Positions 1 through 13,054 of a DNA stretch of 64,000 nt are shown here, piece after piece. Both the position numbers and the translations under genes were made by a program. The notes beneath the pieces are model-generated. The model was given only the letters and a program-made list of their open reading frames with translations. It was not told where the DNA came from and ran no database searches. Source of the stretch: Macrostomum lignano (lineage: Eukaryota); contig NIVC01001585.1 in NCBI GenBank assembly GCA_002269645.1, positions 124,001 to 188,000 on the forward strand. Reading direction: 5' to 3'. The first letter of the stretch is position 1; each line of letters opens with the position of its first letter.

Positions 1-880
1 GGATTTGTGTTATTTAATGTGTGGGATTTGTGTTATTTAATGTGTGGGATTTGTGTTATTTAATGTGTGGGATTTGTGGTATTAAATGTGTGGGATTTGT
101 GGTATTTAATGTGTGGGATTTGTGGTATTAAATGTGTGGGATTTGTGGTATTAAATGTGTGGGATTTTTGTTATTTAATGTGTGGGATTTGTGGTATTTA
201 ATGTGTGGGATTTGTGGGAATCAAGGTGTGGGATTTATGGAAATCAAGGTGTGGGATTTATTGGAATCAAGGTGTGGGATTTATGGAAATCAAGGTGTGG
301 GATTTATGGAATCAAGGTGTGGGATTTATGGAAATCAAGGTGTGGGATTTATTGGAATCAAGGTGTGGGATTTATGGAAATCAAGGTGAGGGATTTATTG
401 GAATAAGAGTGTGGGATTGATGGGGATAAGAGTGTGGGATTTATGGGAATCAAGGTGTGGGATTTATGGAAATCAAGGTGTGGGATTTTTGGGGATAAGA
501 GTGTGGGATTTATGGGAATCAAGGTGTGGGATTTATGGGAATCAAGGTGTGGGATTTATGGGAATCAAGGTGTGGGATTTATGGAAATCAAGGTGTGGGA
601 TTTATGGAAATCAAGGTGTGGGATTTATGGAAATCAAGGTGTGGGATTTATTGGAATCAAGGTGAGGGATTTATTGGAATAAGAGTGTGGGATTGATGGG
701 GATAAGAGTGTGGGATTGATGGGGATAAGAGTGTGGGATTTATGGGAATCAAGGTGTGGGATTTATGGGAATCAAGGTGTGGGATTTATGGGAATCAAGG
801 TGTGGGATTTTTGGGAATCAAGGTGTGGGATTTATGGAAATCAAGGTGTGGGATTTTTGGGGATAAGAATGTGGGATTTG
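1..880. repeat. 23-bp minisatellite (GTGTGGGATTTATGGAAATCAAG and a TTTAAT variant), intron of ALG14
   Basis: Direct tandem periodicity; ends about 100 bp before the ALG14 acceptor. Confidence 0.95.
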
Positions 881-982
881 TGGGAATTCTGGTGTAGGGT
901 TTATGGGATCAAGGTGTGAGATTTATAAGAATAAAGGTGTTGGATTTATGCTTACATTGGAAATTAATTTTCGGAACCTCAG

Positions 983-1213
983 GTGCTCTGCAACGGGCCG
1001 GGCACCTGCATCCCAGTCTGTTTCGCGGCATTTCTCTACCGTCTTCTGCTACTAAAAGACTGCCGGATCGTATTCGTGGAGAGCATTTGTCGGGTTAACT
1101 CCCTATCGCTAAGCGGTCGCATCCTGTACTACTTGGCTGATCACGTGATCGTGCAGTGGCCCGAGCTGCTGGACCAGTTCCCCAGGGCTCGCTATTTGGG
1201 TCGGATTGTTTAG
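983..1213 (+). CDS. ALG14: UDP-N-acetylglucosamine transferase subunit ALG14, final coding exon (upstream exons outside the window)
   Basis: AG acceptor at 981-982. Translation VLCNGPGTCIPVC...VFVESICRVNSLSLSGRILYYLADHVIVQWPELLDQFPRARYLGRIV* has the ALG14 motifs NGPGTC, VESICRV and QWPEL. Confidence 0.93.
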   Translation: MLCNGPGTCIPVCFAAFLYRLLLLKDCRIVFVESICRVNSLSLSGRILYYLADHVIVQWPELLDQFPRARYLGRIV

Positions 1214-1689
1214 TAGCAGCTAAATGGCTTTTTCTGTCCTTAGAATCTGACCTTTACTGACCTCGCATTGAGCTATATTGGGTTCATTCTGTCCTAATCT
1301 GTGGCTTGTCTAGTGTGCCTTGCTTGCTTGTTTAGTTTAGATGAATAACTCGTACTATGCAGGGTAATTCTAGATACTTTCGTTATGCATTCATTGACTT
1401 TGTTTTCAATTTCCTCTTGATATTCTAACTGCACTACTTATTTGCCTTGAGTAGCAAGTAAAGCAAAATGATCAAATTTAAATATAATATTCCTCTTACT
1501 TACAAAATAAAGCATTATTAGTAGTCCAATTTTATTTTTAATGCGCGCGTTCTACTACTGCAAACGCTTACTACTGTTGTTGATTAGCGGTGTATTTAGT
1601 TGATTTATTATTTATTAAAAATTAATTTTTTTATTTCACCACATAATATGGGGCGTGAGTACTTGATTCAGGCTTGAACTAGCTCTAAA

Positions 1690-2680
1690 GTATCAGGTGT
1701 GGTATTTAGCAGTCTAACTGAATGATCAGGTGTGGTATTTAGCAGTCTAACTGAATGATCAGGTGTGGTATTTAGCAGTCTAACTGAATGATCAGGTGTG
1801 GTATTTAGCAGTCCAATTGAATGATGAGGTGTGTATTTAGCAGTCTAACTGAATGATCAGGTGTGTATTTAGCAGTCCAAGTGAATGATCAGGTGTGGTA
1901 TTTAGCAGTCCAATTGAATGATGAGGTGTGGTATTTAGCATTCTAACTGAATGATCAGGTGTGTATTTAGCAGTCCAACTGAATGATCAGGTGTGTATTT
2001 AGCAGTCCAACTGAATGATCAGGTGTGGTATTTAGCAGTCTAACTGAATGATCAGGTGTGGTATTTAGCAGTCTAACTGAATGATCAGGTGTGGTATTTA
2101 GCAGTCCAATTGAATGATGAGGTGTGGTATTTAGCAGTCTAACTGAATGATCAGGTGTGTATTTAGCAGTCCAAGTGAATGATCAGGTGTGGTATTTAGC
2201 AGTCCAATTGAATGATCAGGTGTGGTATTTAGCATTCTAACTGAATGATCAGGTGTGTATTTAGCAGTCCAACTGAATGATCAGGTGTGTATTTAGCAGT
2301 CCAACTGAATGATCAGGTGTGGTATTTAGCAGTCTAACTGAATGATCAGGTGTGTATTTAGCAGTCCAACTGAATGATCAGGTGTGTATTTAGCAGTCCA
2401 ACTGAATGATGAGGTGTGGTATTTAGCAGTCCAACTGAATGATCAGGTGTGTATTTAGCAGTCCAACTGAATGATGAGGTGTGGTATTTAGCAGTCTAAC
2501 TGAATGATCAGGTGTGTATTTAGCATTCTAACTGAATGATGAGGTGTGGTATTTAGCATTGTAACTGAATGATGAGGTGTGGTATTTAGCAGTCTAACTG
2601 AATGATGAGGTGTGGTATTTAGCAGTCTAACTGAATGATGAGGTGTGGTATTTAGCATTCTAACTGAATGATGAGGTGTG
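1690..2680. repeat. 32-33-bp minisatellite (ATCAGGTGTGGTATTTAGCAGTCTAACTGAATG)
   Basis: About 30 tandem copies. Confidence 0.95.
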
Positions 2681-3424
2681 GGGCTTAGCGGCATTCAAGT
2701 AGCGGTTATGTAAGAAAACATTCAATCATGTGTACTTTTAAATTACAGTATATTCGACTACAAAGTTATTTTCCGGCATTCCTAGTTTATTTGCATTGAA
2801 CTTTAAAACATTTTTTGTAAACCATATTTATGTACAGTATCATATATACATGTATGCATTAATAATATTTGCAATTTTTTTAACCATTTTTGAGTAGTTA
2901 CATTGCTCAATAACACATATTATGGTTTGAGTGACCAGTCTTTATATGAAATCCGATCACCTTGCTGTGCCATTGAAACTTTGCCTATTCTCATTATTAA
3001 ATCGTTATTAATAAGTAATATGTCATTATTATGTTATCACCATTATATATGCATATATTTATACTCAACTATTTTTGCCTCTAAATAGTCTCAAAGAATA
3101 TTTCACACTGCTTACAGTAGTGTGCGGCTACTAAATCAGATTTTTTGATCTTCTAATTGGTGATTAACAATAAAGTCTGACATAGCTATTGATATTGATT
3201 AATAGTTAATTAATTTTACTTTTTCTAGTGAGTAATTAGTCTACTCTAACTGATTTTCTTAGAGTAAAATATATACACTTAAACTTAACATACACTTAAA
3301 ATTTCCTCTTTCTAAGTATTTGAATCCTCACTTGTTTTATGTTTTTTTTCAATTTTTCAAAGCCCAATAAATACTTTCTTTTTTTACATGGCCTAGTCTT
3401 TATGTCGTAGAGAACGTTTTTTCA

Positions 3425-4090
3425 CCAATAAAATCGCCCATTCAATTAGAAAAATCGCCCATTCAATTGGAAAAATCGCCCATTCAATTGGAAAAATCGC
3501 CCATTCAATTGGAAAAATCGCCCATTCAATTGGAAAAAGTCGCCCATTCAATTGGAAAAATCGCCCATTCAATTGGAAAAAGTCGCCCATTCAATTGGAA
3601 AAATCGCCCATTCAATTGGAAAAAGTCGCCCATTCAATTAGAAAAATCGCCCATTCAATTGGAAAAATCGCCCATTCAATTAGAAAAATCGCCCATTCAA
3701 TTGGAAAAATCGCCCATTCAATTGGAAAAATCGCCTCTGATTAGAAACTCGCCTCTCTATTTATAAAATCACCTTAATAGTTAAAAATCCCCTCACTAGT
3801 TAGAAATCGCCTCTCTAATCAGAAAATGGCCTCTCTAATCAGAAAATGGCCTCTCTAATCAGAAAATGGCCTCAATCAGAAAATCGCCTCTCTAATCAGA
3901 AAATGGCCTCTCTAATCAGAAAACCGCCTCTCTAATCAGAAAATGGCCTCTCTAATCAGAAAATGGCCTCCATCAGAAAATCGTCTTTCTAATCAGAAAA
4001 TCTTCTTTCTAATCAGAAAATCGCCTCTCCAATTAGAATATCCCTCTCTAATTAGAAAATCGTTTCTATCATAGAAAAATCGCCCTTGAA
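3425..4090. repeat. Composite minisatellite: 21-22-bp AAAAATCGCCCATTCAATTGG grading into 20-bp TCTAATCAGAAAATGGCCTC
   Basis: Tandem periodicity; the two units share an AAAAT(C/G)GCC core. Confidence 0.9.
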
Positions 4091-4203
4091 ATTAGGAATA
4101 AGCCGGTATCAGTTTACAATTGCCCTCATTTAAGTATTTCCCCGACATTAAAAGTTTCGCCCCTGTCATGCGAAAGTCGCCCCATTTTTTTCCCTTCCCC
4201 CAG

Positions 4204-7200
4204 GCTGGCCAGGAGGTCGCCCAGCACTACAACCGGGTGCTGCAGTCGAGCATCGCGTCCCGAGCGGAAAGCCGGGCCTTCTATTTGCGCAACTTCAACA
4301 ACTGGGTGAAGAGCGTCCTGATTGGCTCTCACCTGCGTATTATCGAACGCCAGTTTATCAATAGCGACATTCGCGTATTGGACCTGTGCTCAGGGAAAGG
4401 CGGCGACCTGCTCAAATGGCGAAAAGGCGGCGTCGCTAAGATTGTGTTTGTTGACATTGCCGACGTGTCGGTGGAGCAGTGCCGTAGGAGGTACGGCGAG
4501 ATGGCCGAACAGCACCAGCGAGACGGCAGGGGTCGCCTGCCTAGGGCGGAGTTTCACGTGGCCGACGCTACCGCTGTACGGCTGCGGGATCTGCAGGTGA
4601 GCTATAATATTAATGTAGTTGTCAATTGTGGTGTAACAGACATCGATGGTTAATCAATAGTTATTAGTACATGTAGTGTAACAAAAATAGATAATTCAGT
4701 CAATAGTTTGTCGTAGTTTAACAAAAATCGATATTTCAGTCAATAGTTAGTAGTAGGGTAACAAAAAATCGATAATTCAGTCAATAGTTTGTCGTAGTTT
4801 AACAAAAATCGATATTTCAGTCAATAGTTAGTAGTAGGGTAACAAAAATCGATAATTGAGTCAATGGTTAATCGTTCTGTAACAAAAATCGATATTTTAG
4901 TCAATAGTTAGTAGTAGGGTAACAAAAATCGATATTTCAGTCAATAGTTAGTAGTAGGGTAACAAAAATCGATATTTTAGTCAATAGTTAGTAGTAGGGT
5001 AACAAAAATCGATATTTTAGTCAATAGTTAGTAGTAGGGTAACAAAAATCGATATTTCAGTCAATAGTTAGTAGTAGGGTAACAAAAATCGATATTTCAG
5101 TCAATAGTTAGTAGTAGTGTAACAAAAATCAATAGCTAAGTCAGCAGTTAGACGTAATTTGATAGAAATTAATAATTATGTCAACGAGTTATCTTAGCTT
5201 AACATAGAAATCCATAACTGACGTAACGGTAATTTTAGTGTAACAGTAATCGATAATTGACCTAACAGTCCCGCCTAGACTTTGGTCCGGTTCTTTCGTC
5301 CGCTTACTTAGCATATAGTTCGTCCAATTGATAATCGTCCATTTTTTCCATAAGGAAAAATAGGACGAGCAGGCGGATTAAAAGCGGGTGAAATGCAGAC
5401 GGATAAATAAGTAAAGGCTTCAAGCACCGTTAGCCACAGTCCATTCATTTGTAAAAGCTTAAAAATGTGACTGGCACGGTAAATTGTATTTTAGTATATT
5501 CCCTCCCCTAAGTATTGTATAAAAATGTTGCATTATTTTTAAGCCAGCAGGCAAAAATGCTTCAATTGAGGGACAAACGAAAAAGTAAGTAGGTATATTA
5601 GAATAGTAGTAATTATAGGGGTTTCAGGTAATATAGCTAGATGCATCATTTCTCAGCTAATATTAGCGGTCATATACATCTTGGATCAATGAAATTATGT
5701 CACTCCCTTCGAGTATGATCAATATGAAGTATAACTAGCGATTTTTGCATTTGAAAGCAGTGCATAGTACTAAAAAACATCCTCCTTCGACTAAACTATT
5801 TTGAATCCGCGAATTGCGGTTTAAATACACCGCATACTTACATACTTATACTTGTAAATGTAAATATTTAATATGAGAAATCACCGGGACACCAATCAAC
5901 TTGATCAGTTCCTGCAACATGCCCCGCATCTCGCCCTTCGAGCTCAGTAACGTCTGAAGCAATGTCGTTGCAGAAGTCGTAGGAAAATGAGTAGGCACGG
6001 CATGCTCCTCCGCCTCGTTTGTCTGTTGATTGGCATCGGTGTCGCCTTCCGTTATAATACGGATCACAACAGATTCAGGTGCCGAGTCAGCACCTGAACA
6101 AGATGCTGCTGATTTTGATACCAGCCTATGTTTCCCGGAAGGTTTGCCGGAAGCTGCCGCACCACTTATTCCTCCGGTGCAGACCGATTGTCCAGAGCGC
6201 TTTCGAGCCATCTTAGTACACCTGGAATGAGAATTTAAAACTAATATAAATAATAACGAACAAGCGCTTGAGGTCGCGTGGAGAGTAATCGACTCCTTCA
6301 GTTGATAGCCACAGTTCTGTGGTGGCAACCTTTGCGGGATTGGCTGCCAGGCAGACGTGGCCCTGCGACTTGCGACCGGAGATCCTGCTGTTACTGAACT
6401 CCGCATCGCTAAAAAGACACCGCAGCAGGCTGCGTTCAGACAACGGCACTTTTGACGCTGAGGCAGACAAAGAGGCTTCACCGGCTGTGGAGCCTTTTGT
6501 TGCACATGCATTTAGCAAGGCACGCGTCTGTGCCGCGGACAAGGCAGTGTCGGCTTGTACGGCAAAGCCCTGGTCTGCGTCATTCTCCTCACACTCTTGG
6601 GCGTGGACGGCGATTTTCGATTGTCGATCTTCGTCGGACATGTCGACGGTCGCAGCAGCGGCGGCTGCCGATGCGTTGCTACAGAGCATGGTCGACGCTT
6701 GCGTTAGTAAGGCTTGGCACTGCGCCGCTGTTCTGCTTGGAGTCCGCGGAGAAATGACGACTCCAATCTCCTTAGTACATTGTTTTGCTCCTTAAGCGCA
6801 TCTAGCTGGCCTTTGAAGACCTGCTCCGTTGACGCTTTCTTGCGGAGTTCAGCACCTGAATGGAATTGGAATAATTGTGAAAGAGCGCGTTCGCATCAGT
6901 GCTGAAGAATATAACATAATACAATATGTTATACCGCACTAGTATACCGGTACAGTACTTACGCAGTGTCTCTACTAGGCTCATGGAGCGTTGAAGCTCT
7001 ATAAGGAGGCTGTTGCATGACGAGCAAGCTCTAGGAAGGTCAACTGGTGCGGCTTGCTCATTTGTCATGGCCGCCTTGCCAGTAGCCTCGGCCTTCCTCT
7101 GGAATGGCCCCTTGATCAAGGTGCCAAGCCAGCGCTTGGCCTTCCGGCGATTTGTCTTCGCGGTAATAATCTGTGCCTCCTCGCCAATAGCTACTTGCCC

Positions 7201-10200
7201 GACCGCTCCACGCCGACAAGATACAATGAGCGACGCAGTAGTGCTTGATGTGGACACGACCTCCGTACGCATGTGAAAGTTTTTTGTATTCGAATACGAA
7301 AAATCGCTCCTTATTCTCAATCTTATAGCCCTGCATTTCTTGCTGCGGATCCTCAATTAGCTGGTTTTCATCCCCGTCTTCTGATTCGGCAGCAGTCGGG
7401 GCGCCATTTCGGCAGCAGTTTGAGGGGCCGCCGCCGCGGCAGCAATTGGAGGCTTATACGACTCACTTTTCTTTGACTTCTTGTCAGACTTGTGACTTCT
7501 TGCCAGCTTTCGTTTTCCTGTATTCTCTTTTTCTGACGTGCCAGTGGGCTGAAGATCAGTGACGGTAGAATTAGTGCGAATATTGAATTGGTATAGATTT
7601 TATGACGTGACAAGACCTACAAAGCCATTGTATTAGCCAGAGAGCCAACAGCAGCAACAAGTATGCATTGAGCTGTACAAAATATAAGTATGTAAGCATT
7701 TAAGTAGCTTAAGCGAGATACGGCCGGAGTAGGTGAAGTGGATACGACGGCCTATTCGTAGTACTTGCTGTGGTCAGCAGCTGCCGTGTCGACCAAGTAA
7801 GTTGCAGCCTGAATTTAAATGTTAGACATTTAAAGGATAATAAATACTGTTATACGTGTACGGATTGGCAGTAAAATGCTGCAATGCATAATAATTGACT
7901 AGCGAGTGCATGCATACTACAGGTCGAGGGTAAATACACAGAACTTGGCTTGTCGTGAGCGACTGGACATAGAAAATTCCATCTGTTTTGATCCCAGCCG
8001 GAAGAATGACACAAGGATGGTGGCACCTTCCTGTACGTCGGGATGCGATTTGGGCGTATTAATATTTACTGAAGCCCGCGTCGACGCCGACGGATCGGAC
8101 AGTCTGTCGATTGCTACCAGTTCCTCAACAAATAGAATAAATTTTGTCTCTACGCTGAAAAAATGTGACGCCACGCCTCCTGGCTTCCGTCAAGGGGGAG
8201 CGCAGATCGCTGATATGGCGTAACACGCTCGATCGCGTATCAGCTATAGCGGCTACCCTGGAAGGATACCGGGAAAATTTCCATGTGTCCTGAGCTTGGT
8301 CGGACATATTTCTGGAAAAAAAGTCAATGGAATAAAAGTAGAGCGTGAAAATAACCATAAAATAGAGGTGAATAGTCCATTTTGCAATTACTTGTAGTAT
8401 AACGCAATTGACTTACAAAACTCGCTTGAAAACTGATGACTAAATCACGCCGAATTATTGCGGGTTTTTGGCAGTTTCTTGCGCCTAGACTTCGGTGAAT
8501 TACATCGGTGGACAGACGCTGGAAGCTGCGTATCGAACGATTGGTTCAGTTTATTCTTGAATATAATTAGCATCAAAGTTAAGAAACAGTGCCTTATGCA
8601 AACGCTAACAGAGAGACTACCTGCCCTGAAGAGCAAACAAAATTGAAAGCATTTGAACAGTTCATGGCTTATGGCCCGGATTGGAAGCGGACGAGAAATC
8701 GGTTGAAATTTGGACGAACAGTCTAAAGTAATCGGACGATTCACCCGACATTTGGTCCGCAGCTTAGTCCGATGTAAAAATCGGACTAAAAACGGGTGAA
8801 TTTCGTCCGCTTCTGCATCGGACCAAAGTCCAGGCGGGGTTAATTTCAATGCAACAAAAATCTATGATTAAGTCACTAGTTAGTTGTTGTGTACCAAAAT
8901 TTCATAAGTGACTAAACAGTTAGGCGTAGTGTGACAGAAATAGATAATTTGCTTAACGGTTAATTTTTGTGTAACAGAAATCGATAATTGAGTCAACAGT
9001 TGGTCGTAGTGTAACAGAAATTGATAGCTACTGTTACTTGATTTTCTGTTAAAATTAACCGCATCAACTATACATGGTTTCAATACTGCAGCCGGCATGG
9101 CCGCAGTTCCACCTGGTCAGTTGCCAGTTCTCGCTGCACTATTGCTTTCAAAGCTACCAAGCGGCCAGGCAGTTTGTCCGGAACGCCTGCGAATCCCTGC
9201 TGCCTGGCGGCTATTTTATTGGCACCCTGCCGGACGCCAACGAGATTGTCAGACGGCTGCGTCGAAAGCCCGGCTCTGAGGCCGCTTTTGGCAACGGCGT
9301 CTACAATGTGACATTCAGCTCTTCGGCTGTCAAGACTCAGCAGGTGCCGCTGTTTGGCTGCAAGTATCATTTCAGTCTGGAGAAGTGAGCGCTTTATTTT
9401 GCTGACGCTGGCCTCCACATTTTCTAAGAGATATCTAGCTATTCTAGCCTTTCCTGGAAATGTTCGACTTCCGGTCTAACCTTCAATAAATTATCTACTT
9501 CCGGTCTAGCCTTTCTTAGAAATCACCGACTTCCGGTCAAGACTTTCTTAGAAATCATCGACTTCCAGTCAGGCTTTTCTTAGAAATCATCGACTTCCGG
9601 TCAGGCCTTTTTAGAAATTATCGACTTCCAGTGAGGCTTTTCTGTGAAATCATCGACTTCCGGTCCTGCGTTTCCTGGAAATCCTCGACTTCCGGTTCCG
9701 CTTTTCTAGTAATTCTCGATTTGCTTTAAATTCTTAGGAATCTTCGATTTCCAGTTATCTGGCCTTTCCTGGAAATCATTGACTTCCTGTTTAGTCTTTC
9801 CTAGAATACCTCGACATCCGGTTAGCTGGCCATTCTGGAAATCCTCAAATTTGGCCTAGAGTCTCTTAGAAATCCTGGAATTCTTTTCTAGCCTTTCCTG
9901 GAAATTCTCAACATCTGGATCAGTTTGATTTCATGCAAATCCTCAACTCCCGTTTCTGCCCGTTGCACCTTTCTTAGAAATATTCGACTTCCGGTCTAAC
10001 CTTTCGACTTTGCAACGTAAATTTTTAGTCCCTATGTATTATTATATCGACCCTAATAAAGTCATTGTCCCACCATTGATCTCATGCTCAGACAGGTTCA
10101 AGACTGCCCAGAGTACCTCGTGTACTTTCCAGTTCTAGAACAGCTCTGCTCCGAGTACGGCCTTCGTTGCACTCTACGCCAGAACTTCGCCAAGTTCTAT

Positions 10201-10464
10201 CGCGATCACGTGACCCAGCCGGAGTGGCGCAGCCTGCTAGGCGTGATGCAGAGCCTGGAGCCCTACCCCAATGCCGATGGCGTGGAACTGAAAAGTCAAG
10301 TTGAAGGCGATTACCGGGCCGCTCAGGCCTACCTTAACGGCGATGGCCGGTGCGACACAGAGGAAGACGAGCGCGACCGGAACGGACCGGTTGGCACCCT
10401 CAGCATGGAAGAGTGGGAAGCGGCCACTCTGTACATGGTGTTCGCTTTTCAACGGGCTGAGTAG
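4204..10464 (+). CDS. RNMT: mRNA cap guanine-N7 methyltransferase; exons 4204-4596, 9092-9384, 10092-10464 (5' start not located)
   Basis: Motifs VAQHYN, YLRNFNNWVKSVLI, VLDLCSGKGGDLLKW, SCQFSLHY, LLPGGYFIGTLP, PLFGCKY, PEYLVYFP and GTLSMEEWEAATLYMVFAF. GT-AG junctions are phase-compatible (0 and 2). Confidence 0.95.
4670..5255. repeat. 40-bp intronic minisatellite (AACAAAAATCGATATTTCAGTCAATAGTTAGTAGTAGGGT); degenerate copies resume at about 8845-9050
   Basis: Tandem periodicity; the same unit occurs on both sides of the 5270-8838 insertion. Confidence 0.9.
5270..8838. mobile_element. 3.57-kb TIR DNA transposon-like element, probably CMC/EnSpm(CACTA)-type and non-autonomous, inserted in an RNMT intron
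   Basis: 20-bp TIRs CCCGCCTAGACTTTGGTCCG (5270-5289) and CGGACCAAAGTCCAGGCGGG (8819-8838), 19/20 match. GT is duplicated at 5268-5269 and 8839-8840. Clustered TTCGTCCG/CGGACGA subterminal motifs at both ends. The reconstructed empty site matches the host minisatellite unit. Confidence 0.8.
5846..8307 (-). pseudogene. Multi-exon gene of unknown function inside the TIR element, with apparent frameshifts
   Basis: Candidate ATG at 8307. Acceptors at 7549-7550, 6856-6857 and 6222-6223; donors at 6961-6962 (GTAAGT) and 6260-6261. Protein-like segments (acidic tract, CxxC plus coiled coil, Ala-rich tract). Continuity needs frame switches near 7400, 7282 and about 6770. No DDE transposase motif recognised. 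Confidence 0.55.
9430..10000. repeat. Degenerate ~31-bp minisatellite (CTTAGAAATCATCGACTTCCGGTC...), RNMT intron
   Basis: Recurring GAAATC...CGACTTCCGGT units. Confidence 0.8.
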
Positions 10465-10559
10465 CCGCTGGTGCCGCTTATTAGCCTGTTTCTGATTCAC
10501 TGGTTGATTGATTCGTGGATCAAAGTTGTTGATAAAACTTATCTGTTGCATGTTTCATT

Positions 10560-11270
10560 AAACCTTGAACCTTTGGTCTCTTGACCCGTTGCACCCTTGA
10601 CCCAGTGACCCTTGACCCATCACACCTTTGACCCATTGCACCCTTGACCCAGTGACGCTTGACCCATTACACCTTTGACCCATTGCACCCTTGACCCAGT
10701 GACCCTTGACCCATTACACCTTTGACCCATTGCACCCTTGACCCAGTGACCCATTATATCTTTGACCCATTGCACCCTTGACCCAGTGACCCTTGACCTA
10801 TTACCTTTGACAAAGTGACCCTTGACCTACTACCTTTGACCCATTGCAACCTTGACCCAGTGACCCTTGATCCATTGAACCCTTGACCTTTTGCACCCTC
10901 GACCCAGTTATCCCTTGACCCAGTGACCCTTGATCCATTGAACCCTTGACCTTTTGCACCCTCGACCCAGTTATCCCTTGACCCAGTGACCCTTGACCCA
11001 TTACACCCTTGATCCGTTGCACCCTTTACCCATTGCACTTTTGACCCAATGACCCTTGACCTAATGACCCTTAACCCATTGAACCATGGATCCATTGCAC
11101 TCTTGACCCAGTGACCCTTGACCCATTGCACCCTTGCCCAGTGACCTTTGACCCGTTGGTCCATTGACCCGGTGAACCTTTAACCCACTGATCCATGACT
11201 CAGTGATACATTGACTCATTGGCATTGGTATGGTCCTCTGACCCAGTAAAAGTTGACCCACTGAACCCAA
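10560..11270. repeat. Minisatellite built from 15-16-bp CCTTGACCCA subunits
   Basis: Tandem CCTTGACCCATTGCAC/CCTTGACCCAGTGAC units. Confidence 0.9.
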
Positions 11271-11744
11271 TTGAACTTAATGCTCATTGATATATTGATA
11301 TATAATTTCATAAGCATTTTAAACTTAACAAGGCAAAAAGGCATCCTGACCCAATACAAACTCCAGTCTCTACCCTCATCGAACCCCGACTCATTAAACT
11401 TCCCTTATCCACTGAAATCTTTGTCTGTAATTTTATTTGGCATTAAGCTTGCTAATTTATGCATGAGTAGTATCTGAAGCTTGGCATTTTAATTTCTTAT
11501 TTTGTCTTCATGATTTATAAAATATATATTGTAAAGTTGGTTAAAGAAATTATTTCAAACCGAATGTTTGGCATTCAAAAAACCCTTGCATTTTTATGGA
11601 TGTTTACTTATTTTTGTACTTGGGTTAATAACATAAGTAGCTTTGCATTGTTACAATGTGACTGGCAATTCTTATTTGTCTAATTTTTCTTTGGGTAGGA
11701 GCTGTTCTTACAGCAGTCTGTAATCATAATTGGGATTCTAAGGG

Positions 11745-12050
11745 TACTATTTTTAGAGGTATTCTGGTGGGTAAATTCATGTCTAGGGGTATTCTGGTGG
11801 GTACATTTATGTCTAGGGGTATTCTGGTGGGCAAATTTATGTCTAGGGGTACATGTATTCTGGTGGGTACATTCATGTCTAGGGGTATTCTGGTGGGTGC
11901 ATTCATGTCTAGGGGTATTCTGGTGGGTGCATTCATGTCTAGGGGTATTCTGGTGGGTGCATTCATGTCTAGGGGTATTCTGGTGGGTGCATTCATGTCT
12001 AGGGGTATTCTGGTGGCTACATTCATGTCTAGGGGTATTCTGGTGGCTAC
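11745..12050. repeat. 30-bp minisatellite (TCTAGGGGTATTCTGGTGGGTGCATTCATG)
   Basis: About 10 tandem copies. Confidence 0.92.
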
Positions 12051-12485
12051 AATCGATTTGTTGAATTCCGAAGGTAAAGTTAGTGACTAAGATTGCTTTA
12101 GTCAGCTAAAAAGCACTTTAATATGCTTCATAAAACATTCCTGGTTGAATTTGAGAGCTCCTTGGGGGGTCGTTTCACCCCCATCCCCAATATTCCCCCT
12201 AGACGCTTTTATGCTCAGCGGTTTCTTAGAAAGGCCACGCCATCCTAATAATTAATTTACGCCAGATAGTAAAGTTACTTTTGTTTCAAGGTTGAGAGAT
12301 TTGCGTGAGTTTTTATGCCGCGAATGTCAGGATTTGATTGAGCACCCACTGGCACTCGGAGCGGGCTCATAAAACTGACAAAAAGTCGTAAATTTTCTTA
12401 TTAGGATTAAAAGACGGAATCGTGTCTTCTTTTTATCCTCTGGCGATTTTTCTCCCTGCGTGACGATCTTAACTTTGGAGCCTTG

Positions 12486-12489
<4 letters not shown>

Positions 12490-12535
<46 letters not shown>

Positions 12536-12699
12536 ACCTTTCTCGATGCGATTTGAATTTCTAATTTCCTCCACCTCTACCCAATCTCTGCTATTTTATG
12601 TCCCTTTTCTGTATGCTTTGCACTTTGTGCTCTGGCTGAGCCCGGTGTTCGGGCGCCTGTCTGAGGGACTTGAAATGCAGACGAGCAGGCAGGATGGCA

Positions 12700-12734
<35 letters not shown>

Positions 12735-12796
12735 ACAGACATGCAGACAGACAGACAGACACACAGACACAAACATGCAGACAGACAGACAGACAC

Positions 12797-12827
<31 letters not shown>

Positions 12828-12883
12828 CAGACATGCAGACAGACACAGACATGCAGACAGACAGACAGACAGACACAAACATG

Positions 12884-12917
<34 letters not shown>

Positions 12918-12925
12918 CAGACATG

Positions 12926-12956
<31 letters not shown>

Positions 12957-13009
12957 CACGCAGACACAAACATGCAGACAGACAGACAGACAGACAGACA
13001 CAAACATGC

Positions 13010-13054
<45 letters not shown>

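Noticed and set aside
1648-2709. Candidate RNMT 5' exons: ATG GGG C|GTGAGT (1648-1654) and a 21-nt micro-exon ending at 2709
   Set aside because: The phase-1 donor does not fit the phase-0 acceptor at 4204, and joining via the micro-exon gives an in-frame stop. The start is left unresolved.
5270-8842. piggyBac classification of the intronic element (GGGG-TTAA at the right end)
   Set aside because: There is no TTAA at the left end. The TIR match ends at CGGG 8838 and a 2-bp GT duplication explains both junctions.
8445-8849. 134-aa minus-strand ORF at the right end of the TIR element as a transposase start
   Set aside because: It overlaps the TIR and subterminal repeats, extends past the element end and has no transposase motif.
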